A DNA stretch of 28,267 nt from Candidatus Velthaea sp. Its GTDB lineage: Bacteria > Vulcanimicrobiota > Vulcanimicrobiia > Vulcanimicrobiales > Vulcanimicrobiaceae. This document shows, in pieces, positions 20,683 to 28,201 of this stretch (positions are counted from its first letter, which is position 1; each line of letters starts with the position of its first letter). The position numbers and the translations under genes were made by a program. Below the pieces are notes generated by a model. That model was given only the letters and a program-made list of their open reading frames with translations. It did no database searches and was not told the DNA's origin. The stretch spans positions 1 through 28,267 of the forward strand of contig JBEKHC010000068.1 of the NCBI GenBank assembly GCA_050012475.1, given 5' to 3'.

Positions 20683-21164
20683 CGAACGACGACCTCGTAC
20701 ACATACCGATGGGACGCACCTGGTGCGAGCGGAGCGGCCGTGCGCCAGCGGATTGCGGTGTAGGTCGACAGATCCGCATTGACGGTCTTGACCGTATCGC
20801 CGCTATGAACGGTAACGGTCGGCGTGCTCGACCACGTTTTGCCGCTGTCCAGTGAAAACTCGACCGCTGCGTTGGCCGCGGCGCCGCTGTTCGCAACGTA
20901 CGTCGTCGCCGGCGAGATCTTGCCGCTCGGAACGAAATTACGAGCGGGCTGATCGCCGGAGTTCGTCGCAACGATCTCCCAGCGGATGTGTTCGCCGGGT
21001 TGAGCGGCGCGGGCCGAAACCGGCACCAGCTGCTCTTTCCCGTCGGCCGAACGCGTCACGTACGCGCCGCTCAGCTTCAAGGTGATGACCGGCTTGGCGA
21101 AGGCCGCGCATTGTGAAGCCGCAACAACCACCGCGGTGAAGAAAAAGACGAGGAACCGACGCAT
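20679..21164 (-). CDS. Small exported DUF11-like (conserved repeat domain) protein
   Basis: Signal MRRFLVFFFTAVVVAASQCAAFA, then AQPGEHIRWEIVATNSG..ARNFV..PATTYVANS..VEFSLDSGKTWS..YTAIRW..LAPGAS..YEVVVR. Confidence 0.85.
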   Translation of the reverse strand: MRRFLVFFFTAVVVAASQCAAFAKPVITLKLSGAYVTRSADGKEQLVPVSARAAQPGEHIRWEIVATNSGDQPARNFVPSGKISPATTYVANSGAAANAAVEFSLDSGKTWSSTPTVTVHSGDTVKTVNADLSTYTAIRWRTAAPLAPGASHRYVYEVVVR

Positions 21165-21382
21165 AATCTAGTGCTCCGCACGCAGAAATCGACCGGCGCA
21201 CGAAAGGACGTTACGCAGACCACATCCTTTGTATCGGCAGAATTTTACGAGTTCTCAGGAACAATCTTGACCGTCGCCCATCCGCCGTCATTCGTTTCGA
21301 ATGGGTTCGGGCGCCGATGCGTCCCCGGCGGCGAGCCGCGCGAGGTGCGCGTGCTATCGGCCGTCGCGGGGCGTACCCGGTG

Positions 21383-22159
21383 TCAGCCCGGTCCGGCGTC
21401 CTCCGGGCGCGGCTGCTCGAGCGCATCATCGAGACGATACCCGACGTGCGGTTCCGTAATGATATAGCGCGGGTGCGCGGGATCGGGTTCGAGCTTGACG
21501 CGCAGCCGCCGAACCACGCCCTTGACGTAGTCGCTTTCGCTGCCGTACTGGCGGCCCCAAACGCGCTGCAGCAGCAGCCGCGTCGTGAGCACGCGGCCGG
21601 CATTGGCGCCGAGTTCGGCGATGAGCGCGTATTCGATCGGCGTCAGGGTGACGCTGCGGCCGCCGACTTTGACCAGGCGCTTCTCCGTGTCGATCTCCAA
21701 GTCGCCGCAGGCAATCTTTTTCGAGCGAACTTTCCCCGCCCGGCGCAGTACGGCGCTGATCCGGGCACGCAGCTCGCTAAGCCGGAACGGTTTGACCAGG
21801 TAGTCGTCGGCGCCCAGATCGAGGACCGAGACGATGTCGCCTTCACCGCCTTTGACGCTGAGCACGATGATCGGCGTGCTCGACGATTCACGGATGCGAC
21901 GGCAGATTTCCAAGCCGCCCAAGCGCGGCATCATCAGATCGAGCAGCACCAGATCGGGTTCGTCGCTCTCGAAAGCGGCTAACGCTTCGATCCCGTCGAC
22001 GGCGGTGGTGACCTCGTAGCCGTGCAGTGCCAGTGCGGGGCCGACGGCCGCGACGATTCCGTCGTCGTCGTCGACGAGCAGGATCCGTTTCTGCAGAGCG
22101 CGCGGCCGCGCGGGGCGCTGCGCCTCCGCAGCTGGGATGCGCTTCTCGGTCATTCTCAT
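21383..22159 (-). CDS. OmpR/PhoB-family (KdpE-like) response regulator
   Basis: Receiver motifs ILLVDDD, DLVLLDLMMP and GADDYLVKPF. Winged helix LTPIEY..LLQRVWG..LRVKLEPDPAHPRYIITEPHVGYR. ATGA overlap with the kinase stop. Confidence 0.95.
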   Translation of the reverse strand: MRMTEKRIPAAEAQRPARPRALQKRILLVDDDDGIVAAVGPALALHGYEVTTAVDGIEALAAFESDEPDLVLLDLMMPRLGGLEICRRIRESSSTPIIVLSVKGGEGDIVSVLDLGADDYLVKPFRLSELRARISAVLRRAGKVRSKKIACGDLEIDTEKRLVKVGGRSVTLTPIEYALIAELGANAGRVLTTRLLLQRVWGRQYGSESDYVKGVVRRLRVKLEPDPAHPRYIITEPHVGYRLDDALEQPRPEDAGPG

Positions 22160-24651
22160 TCGCCGATCTCCGCCGCGTGCTCGGCGATCAACGGGATCAT
22201 GAAGCGGAAGATGCTGCCCGAACCAGCGTTGTCGTCAACCCAAATCCGTCCGCCGTGCGCCTCGACGATGCCGCGGCAGATTGCAAGTCCGAGACCGATG
22301 CTTCGGATTCCGGTGTTCTCGCGACCGCCCACTCGATAAAAACGCGTAAAGATATGCTCGCGTTCGGTGGCGCGCACGCCCGGACCGCGGTCGGCGACGC
22401 CGATCGTCATCTCGGTCGCGGTCCAGGCCGCTTCGACTCGAACCGGAGAGCCAGGGGGCGTGTATTTACACGCGTTGTCGAGCAGATTATACAGCACTTG
22501 GACGAAGCGGTCTTTGTCCACGAACAGCAGCGGCGGATCGGGCGGAATCGCAAAGCGCACGCGCTCGCTGCCGTAAAGCGCGGCGATCCCGCTGGCGGTA
22601 TCGGTCAGCAGCGCCGGAAGTTCGTTCCACTCGCGGTCCAGCCGCAGCGCGCCGGCACCGATCTGCGAGACATCCAAAAGTTGATCGACCAGCCGCCCCA
22701 GCCGATTCGCCTGCCCGGCGATGTTCTGCAGCAGTCCATCGCGCGGCGAATTCACTTGTGGCACGCCGCGATCGAGCAATCCCTCGACCGAGGCGCGGAT
22801 CGCGGTGAGCGGCGAGCGCAAATCGTGCGAGACGGTGGCGAGAAACTCGTTTTTGAGCCGATCGGCCTGGCGCAATGCTTCGAGTTCTCCGGCGGCCCGG
22901 CGCAGTTGCGCGTTGCGCAGCGACATGCAGACCTGCTGCCCGATCGCGGTGAGGGTTTTCAGATCGGCGTTGGTGAGCGGCCGCGCGCGCCGGATCGCAA
23001 GCTCGATGACGCCGACGATCGAACCGCCGTCGGCCAACGGAACGGCCAAAGCGGAACGGCAACCCGAGGCCCGCAACGGAAACTCCGAATCGGTATCGGC
23101 GGTGCGCAAGTCGATCTCCGCGAGCACCTGCGGCTCTCCCGTTGCGGCGACGGTGGCCGCCAAGCCGGTCACGCCGTGTCCGGCTGCGGCAATGCGCAAA
23201 ACGTCGGCCGCCGATTCTTCGATTCCAGCGTGTGCTGCGAAGCGCAGCCGTTGCCGGTCGTCATCGTACAAGAAGAGCAATCCCGCATCCAGATCCATGA
23301 CCCGCACGATACAGCTGAGTAACCGCACGACGTGCGCCGCGGGATCCGAGAGTTCACCCAGCAGCCCAGCGATCGCGTTGATCGCTTCGACGTGCCGGTT
23401 GTGCTGACGCAGCGCATCGAACAGCAGCGCGTTTTCGATCGCCGTTGCGGCTTGCGGCATGAGCGCGAACGCACGGCGCAGGTCCTCGAAGTGCCAGTGC
23501 CCGACGGTTTGCCGCAGTGCTGCGACGAAGCCTACGATTCCGCGCGCCGTCGAAAGCGGCAGCAACGCCACGGAACGCACGTCGGCCGCTTCGAGTTGCA
23601 CGTCCGCCAAGAGCGGCATCGCGCGAACGTCTTCGGCGATGATCGGTTCGCCGCGCTCGCGCAAGGCATCCACGATCTCGGGCTTGGCGAGCAAGGCGTT
23701 GAGTTCGTAGCCCGGCGCGTCGATCGACCAGGGCGGCGCATAGCGCCCCTTCGCGCCGCCGTCGCCGAACAAACACACCGCCGCACGTTCGACGTGGAGC
23801 AGAGCTGCGGTTTGCTCGGCGACGGTGCGCAGCGTGACATCCAGATCGAGGCTTGCGCTCATCGTTCCTCCGGCGAGCGTGAGAAGCATTGCGTCGCTGG
23901 GGCTGGACTCGAGCGCGGGCTGCGGCAGGCGGGCGGGAACGGAGGGAAACGGCGCCCGGCGGGTGCTCCCGGCGCCGATGACGCGTAATTGTTCTTCGAT
24001 CTCCAGTGCGTTGATGGCGAGCAAGCTCATGAGGTACGAGCGGATGAGGCGGTAATCGCCGGTGATGTCGAGCACCCCGATGACTTCGGCCGTGTACGGA
24101 TCGCGGATCGGCGCGGCGGTGCATGTGAGATCGGTCCAGCCGTCGCAGAAATGTTCGGCAGCCATGAGTTGGACGGGCCGGCGATCCGCGAGCGCAGTTC
24201 CGATCGCATTGGTGCCGGCAGCCGATTCGCTCCAGTTGCCGCCCGGAATGAAGTCGATCCGTTCGAGCCGGCGGCGCACCGAGGCGTCGCCGGCGACGCG
24301 CAGGATGCAGCCGTGTTTATCCGTGAGCACGACGGCGTAACCGGAGTCGGCGAGATGGTTGACCAACCGATCGATGACCGGGTGCGCCGCGCGCAGCAAC
24401 GGTTCGTTGGCCGCCCAAATCTCGCGCAACTGCGCATCGCGCGAAATCGCCAAGGGTGCGTTGCGGCGTCCGGCGTCGACGTGCATGTCACGGCAACGGT
24501 TCCACGAACGTTGAATGAGCGGTCGAGCGATCGATTCCGTGAGTCCAGTGGTAAGGAACCGGTGGCGCAACTGACTGAGGGTGCGCGCCGTGGTCTCGAT
24601 CTCGTTCGGTGATGCAATAGACCAACCGGGCGCTCGAAGCTCAGTCGCCAA
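22156..24651 (-). CDS. Cytoplasmic sensor histidine kinase: AcoR/MimR-type GAF, two further GAF domains, KdpD-like HisKA/HATPase
   Basis: IQRSWNRC, VLTDKHG, WSESAAGTNAIGTAL, EHFC..TCTAAPIRDP..GVLDITG. The GAF domains end in ATAIENALLF and MSLRNAQL. H-box SHDLRSPL, NLLDNACKYT, DRGPG and GLGLAICRGIVEAHGG. No TM segment. TTG start. Confidence 0.92.
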   Translation of the reverse strand: MATELRAPGWSIASPNEIETTARTLSQLRHRFLTTGLTESIARPLIQRSWNRCRDMHVDAGRRNAPLAISRDAQLREIWAANEPLLRAAHPVIDRLVNHLADSGYAVVLTDKHGCILRVAGDASVRRRLERIDFIPGGNWSESAAGTNAIGTALADRRPVQLMAAEHFCDGWTDLTCTAAPIRDPYTAEVIGVLDITGDYRLIRSYLMSLLAINALEIEEQLRVIGAGSTRRAPFPSVPARLPQPALESSPSDAMLLTLAGGTMSASLDLDVTLRTVAEQTAALLHVERAAVCLFGDGGAKGRYAPPWSIDAPGYELNALLAKPEIVDALRERGEPIIAEDVRAMPLLADVQLEAADVRSVALLPLSTARGIVGFVAALRQTVGHWHFEDLRRAFALMPQAATAIENALLFDALRQHNRHVEAINAIAGLLGELSDPAAHVVRLLSCIVRVMDLDAGLLFLYDDDRQRLRFAAHAGIEESAADVLRIAAAGHGVTGLAATVAATGEPQVLAEIDLRTADTDSEFPLRASGCRSALAVPLADGGSIVGVIELAIRRARPLTNADLKTLTAIGQQVCMSLRNAQLRRAAGELEALRQADRLKNEFLATVSHDLRSPLTAIRASVEGLLDRGVPQVNSPRDGLLQNIAGQANRLGRLVDQLLDVSQIGAGALRLDREWNELPALLTDTASGIAALYGSERVRFAIPPDPPLLFVDKDRFVQVLYNLLDNACKYTPPGSPVRVEAAWTATEMTIGVADRGPGVRATEREHIFTRFYRVGGRENTGIRSIGLGLAICRGIVEAHGGRIWVDDNAGSGSIFRFMIPLIAEHAAEIGE

Positions 24652-24755
24652 TCGTCAGACCCCCACATAGCGCGGCTTCGCGCTTCCTTCTGCACGCACC
24701 GGCGAGCAGCCGCCCCCACTGCAGCTCGTTCGCCAACGCCTTCACCCACGGCGAA

Positions 24756-24887
24756 TTTATCGCCGCCTTACCGTTGCTTAACCTTTTGTTTGTACCCGGG
24801 GCGTAGATTAATTTCACCGCTTTTGCACGAAGCTGGGAGGCTTTTTCACCGCGGCCTCACCCGAGCAATGTTAGCGTGAAATTCTAA
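24756..24887. promoter_or_regulatory. Divergent promoter region with phased direct repeats (putative response-regulator boxes)
   Basis: TTTCACCGC occurs exactly at 24812 and 24844, each followed 11 bp later by a weaker copy (TTGCACGAA 24823, CCTCACCCG 24855). A second set, TTTAT/CTTAC/CTTAA, lies at 24756/24767/24777. Confidence 0.45.
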
Positions 24888-24918
24888 CTGTCAGCGACGT
24901 CCATGAGGGTTCGGCTGC

Positions 24919-26025
24919 ATGAAAAATGGCGTGTTTGTCTTCGACGCTCACACCGGGGTGTGGGACGCCAGCGCAAAAAACTGCAAAAACCGTTTCGGCG
25001 ACGCCTTCATCGAAACGTTTTATGCGTTTCAGACCGGGTTCAATCCGCCCGACAAGCGTTGGACGATGGACTACGAGACCGTCTTCCGCAAGACCGATCC
25101 GGACTGGTACCTCGAGGAGATGTTCGTCAAAGGCGATGCCGACATGGCGATTCTCTCGACGCAAGTCCTCAAAGATTTCTATCATACCGGCTTCGTGACT
25201 GCGGAAAGTAACCAGCGCATGGTCGCCCGCGCACCGGAACGGCTGATCGCGCTCGGCGGCGTGGATCCGCGCATGCCCAATGCCGCCGCCGAAGTCGAAC
25301 GCCAAGTTCGTGACTGCGGCGTCAAGGGCTTCAAGTGGTATACCGCCGAGTGGCGCGGCGAGTCGCGCGGCTGGTCGGCGAACGATCCGATGGTTTTTCC
25401 GTGCTACGAGAAAGCGCTCGAATTGGGCGTCAAGAACATGCACTTCCACAAGGGGCCGGCCGTCGAGCCGCTGACCTTGCAGAAGTTCGACGTGCGCGAC
25501 ATCGACGAACCGGCTTGGCTCTATCCCGAGCTCAACTTTATCGTCGACCACGTGGGCCTGCCGCGCCTGGACGATTTCTGCTGGATCGCGGCGCGCTGTC
25601 CCAACGTGTACGGCTCGCTCGCCGTCGCGCTGGCGTTCATTCACAACCGCCCGCGTTATTTCGCGGAGATCATGGCGAATCTGCTGTTTTGGCTTGGGCC
25701 CGATCGCATCGTGTACGGCACGGATTTCCCGATTTGGTATCCGCATTGGATGCTCGACGAGTTCATGGCGTTCGAGCTGCCCGACGACATCAAAAAGGAA
25801 TACGGTGTCGATCTGACGGCCGAGATCAAACAGAAGATCGTCGGCGGCAACATCGTCCGGTTGTATGGCATCGACGTCGAAGCTCAGCGCAAAAAAATTG
25901 AAAACGACGAATTGGCGCAACGCAAGCGGGCGTATCATGCCGAAGCCGAGCGCAACGGTTCGGGTCCCAGCGCGCCGCCCGTCGACGGCCCCGGCCCGAC
26001 GGCTCCCGAACTGGTGAAACGATGA
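24919..26025 (+). CDS. Amidohydrolase_2 family metal-dependent hydrolase, of the type found next to prm/mim monooxygenase genes
   Basis: FVFDAHTGVWDAS, DMAILST..LKDFYHTGF, GFKWYTAEWRGESRGW, HFHKGP, FDVRDID..YPELNFIVDHVGLPRLDDFCWIA, NVYGSLAV and GTDFPIW. Confidence 0.92.
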   Translation: MKNGVFVFDAHTGVWDASAKNCKNRFGDAFIETFYAFQTGFNPPDKRWTMDYETVFRKTDPDWYLEEMFVKGDADMAILSTQVLKDFYHTGFVTAESNQRMVARAPERLIALGGVDPRMPNAAAEVERQVRDCGVKGFKWYTAEWRGESRGWSANDPMVFPCYEKALELGVKNMHFHKGPAVEPLTLQKFDVRDIDEPAWLYPELNFIVDHVGLPRLDDFCWIAARCPNVYGSLAVALAFIHNRPRYFAEIMANLLFWLGPDRIVYGTDFPIWYPHWMLDEFMAFELPDDIKKEYGVDLTAEIKQKIVGGNIVRLYGIDVEAQRKKIENDELAQRKRAYHAEAERNGSGPSAPPVDGPGPTAPELVKR

Positions 26026-26324
26026 CCGTTCTCGATCTCGAGGCGGTTCGCCGGGCTGCAGGTTCCACGCCGGATCCCGAGGTGCGCTGCTCGATCGCGG
26101 AATTGGGTCTGCTCGACGAAGTCGACGCCGACGGCGGCAAAGTGCGCGTGCACTTCCACCTGACCTCGCCGCTGTGTCCGTCGAAATTCGCTACGCGCAT
26201 CGGCCGCGACATTCGCCGGCGCGTCGAAGCGGTGCCCGGCGTCGAGTCGTGCGAAGTGGTCCTGACCGATCACTTCATCCGCGACGAGATCATCGATCTC
26301 ATCAACGTCCGGGCGCGCGTATGA
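26022..26324 (+). CDS. DUF59 / FeS_assembly_P (SufT/PaaD-like) metal-sulfur cluster protein
   Basis: DPEVRCSIAELGLL..V..HLTSPLCP, the DPE-x-T-x2-CP signature. ATGA overlaps at both ends. Confidence 0.9.
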   Translation: MTVLDLEAVRRAAGSTPDPEVRCSIAELGLLDEVDADGGKVRVHFHLTSPLCPSKFATRIGRDIRRRVEAVPGVESCEVVLTDHFIRDEIIDLINVRARV

Positions 26325-27175
26325 CGATGGCTGCCTTCGACGCGCTCAAAGGCCGGCGCGAAGCAGCCCGGCTCGACTCGCCCTCGGTTCGGCATTTTGC
26401 CGAGCTGTTGGGTCGCCGCTGCCGCGACGCGTCGTGGATTCGCACCTCGGTCGCGAGTTTGGACCGCTTCGCGGTTCTGACCCGGAACGACGACCTCGAA
26501 GTGCTGCTCGACCGGGCGCGGCGCGATCCGCGCGCGGCCGCCGATGCGCTGCTGGCGTTCGCGGCGGCGCTGCCGGCTGCGACGCCGTCGCAAATGGCTG
26601 CTTTGCTGGTGGGCCCGAAGCTGTGGTTCACCTTCAACGGCGTCGACGTTCCGTGGTCCGCGCTGGAGGCGGATGCGGCCGAACCGTCGGCGATTCGCAC
26701 CGCCCATCCGGTCGACCGGCTCATTCTCCTTGCGCTCGTCGGCAGCGGATTGCACCGCTCCGAATTGTTGCGGCTGCGCCTCGGTGACGTCGGCCGGCTC
26801 GACGCGGAGGGACGGCTGGTCCCCGATCCCGACGCCGACCCGCTGGCGGTGCGCTACGTCCAGCGCCGCGCCGGCACCGAATTCATCACGTTCTTCACCG
26901 ATCAGGCGCGCGCAGCACTGCACGTCGAACTCGAACGCCGGCGCCGCGCCGGCGAAAAGCTCGATGCCCGTTCGCCGCTCGTTTCACGGGCCTCGGGCGG
27001 TGCGGCGACGGCCGCGACCACGGCTCGCGCGCGGCGGCTCAACACCGCGCTGATCGGTGCGACCAACGCCGTCAACGTCGAGTTGTGCAAGAAAACGGGC
27101 GAATTTTTCCGCACCTGGGGACCGCCTGGCGCGCGGTTCAACGAAACGGACCAACACGTGGGGGAGACTGCATGA
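26321..27175 (+). CDS. Tyrosine-recombinase-fold protein, predicted catalytically dead (284 aa)
   Basis: Box I-like DRLILLALVGSGLHRSELLRLRLGDV, with His where the catalytic Arg of GLR should be, then ITFFTDQARAALHVELERRRRAGEKLDARSPLV. There is no HxxR or LGH motif and no C-terminal Tyr. ATG 26321 overlaps the DUF59 stop and the stop overlaps the ADH start. Confidence 0.75.
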   Translation: MTMAAFDALKGRREAARLDSPSVRHFAELLGRRCRDASWIRTSVASLDRFAVLTRNDDLEVLLDRARRDPRAAADALLAFAAALPAATPSQMAALLVGPKLWFTFNGVDVPWSALEADAAEPSAIRTAHPVDRLILLALVGSGLHRSELLRLRLGDVGRLDAEGRLVPDPDADPLAVRYVQRRAGTEFITFFTDQARAALHVELERRRRAGEKLDARSPLVSRASGGAATAATTARARRLNTALIGATNAVNVELCKKTGEFFRTWGPPGARFNETDQHVGETA

Positions 27176-28200
27176 AAGCCGTTCGGTTGCACCAGTATTT
27201 GCAAAAATGCGTCATCGAAGAAGTCGCCGACCCGCAAATTACCGGGCCGCTCGACGTCATCGTGAAGATCGGCGGCGCCGGCTTGTGCCGCACGGATCTG
27301 CACATCATCGAAGGCCAGTGGAAGGAGAAGAGCAACGTCGCGCTGCCCTATACGCTCGGTCACGAGAACGCGGGCTGGGTACACGCCGTCGGTTCGGCGG
27401 TTTCGCATGTCGCGGTCGGCGACACGGTCATCGTTCATCCGCTCATGACCTGTGGGTTCTGCTTCCCGTGCCGGGCCGGACACGACATGCACTGTGAGAA
27501 CTCGGCGTTCCCGGGCATCTCGACCGACGGCGGGTTCGCGCAGTTCCTCAAAACTTCAGCGCGCTCGGTCGTGAAACTCGATCCGAGCTTGGCACCAAAA
27601 GATATAGCGGCGCTCGCGGATGCCGGCTTGACGGCCTACCATGCCGTCAAGAAATCGGGCGCGCTCTTGTATCCCGGAACCGCCGCCGTCGTGATCGGCG
27701 CCGGCGGTTTGGGTCACATCGGGATCCAGGTGTTGCGGGCGCTCACGCCCGCAACGATCATCGTGGTCGATCGTTCGGAACAAGCGCTCGCGCTTGCAAA
27801 GCAGCTCGGTGCCGATCACACCGTGCTCGCCGACGGCAAACAGATCGACACGGTGAAGCAGATCACCAACGGCTTCGGCGCCGAAGTCGTCCTCGACTTC
27901 GTCGGGGAGGGCGGCGCAATCGCGGACGGCATCGGGTTCATGCGTCGCGCCGGAAGCTACTTCATCATCGGTTACGGCGGCACGCTCAACGTGCCCTTGA
28001 TCGACATCATCTCGACGGAGACGAACTTCGTCGGGAATCTCGTGGGAACGTATACCGATCTCGTCGAGTTGATGACGCTGACCGCCGCGGGCAAAGTCAC
28101 GTTGCACACCAAAACGTATCCGCTCGAAGCGTTCAACGATAGCGTCGACGATCTCGATCATGGCCGGCTGCAAGGCCGAGGCATCCTAGTCCCCGCGTGA
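27172..28200 (+). CDS. NAD(P)-dependent Zn-binding alcohol dehydrogenase (MDR), likely secondary-alcohol type
   Basis: GLCRTDLH, LGHENAG, structural Zn CGFCFPCRAGHDMHC, ADAGLTAYHA (Asp as third catalytic Zn ligand) and GAGGLG. RBS GGGGAG before ATG 27172. Confidence 0.95.
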   Translation: MKAVRLHQYLQKCVIEEVADPQITGPLDVIVKIGGAGLCRTDLHIIEGQWKEKSNVALPYTLGHENAGWVHAVGSAVSHVAVGDTVIVHPLMTCGFCFPCRAGHDMHCENSAFPGISTDGGFAQFLKTSARSVVKLDPSLAPKDIAALADAGLTAYHAVKKSGALLYPGTAAVVIGAGGLGHIGIQVLRALTPATIIVVDRSEQALALAKQLGADHTVLADGKQIDTVKQITNGFGAEVVLDFVGEGGAIADGIGFMRRAGSYFIIGYGGTLNVPLIDIISTETNFVGNLVGTYTDLVELMTLTAAGKVTLHTKTYPLEAFNDSVDDLDHGRLQGRGILVPA

Positions 28201-28201
28201 G

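Noticed and set aside
21383..24651. Calling the two-component system kdpD/kdpE
   Set aside because: The kinase lacks the KdpD N-terminal, Usp and TM domains, and no kdpFABC is present; only the transmitter and regulator are Kdp-like.
26321..27175. Dead recombinase as the TnsF-like target selector of the comM transposon (TnsF contains partial tyrosine-recombinase domains)
   Set aside because: It lies about 25 kb away on the host side of the comM junction, has no zinc-finger region, and is translationally coupled to metabolic genes.
26321..27175. Active integrase marking a prophage or genomic island
   Set aside because: The catalytic residues are missing, and no att-like repeats, tRNA or phage genes are nearby.
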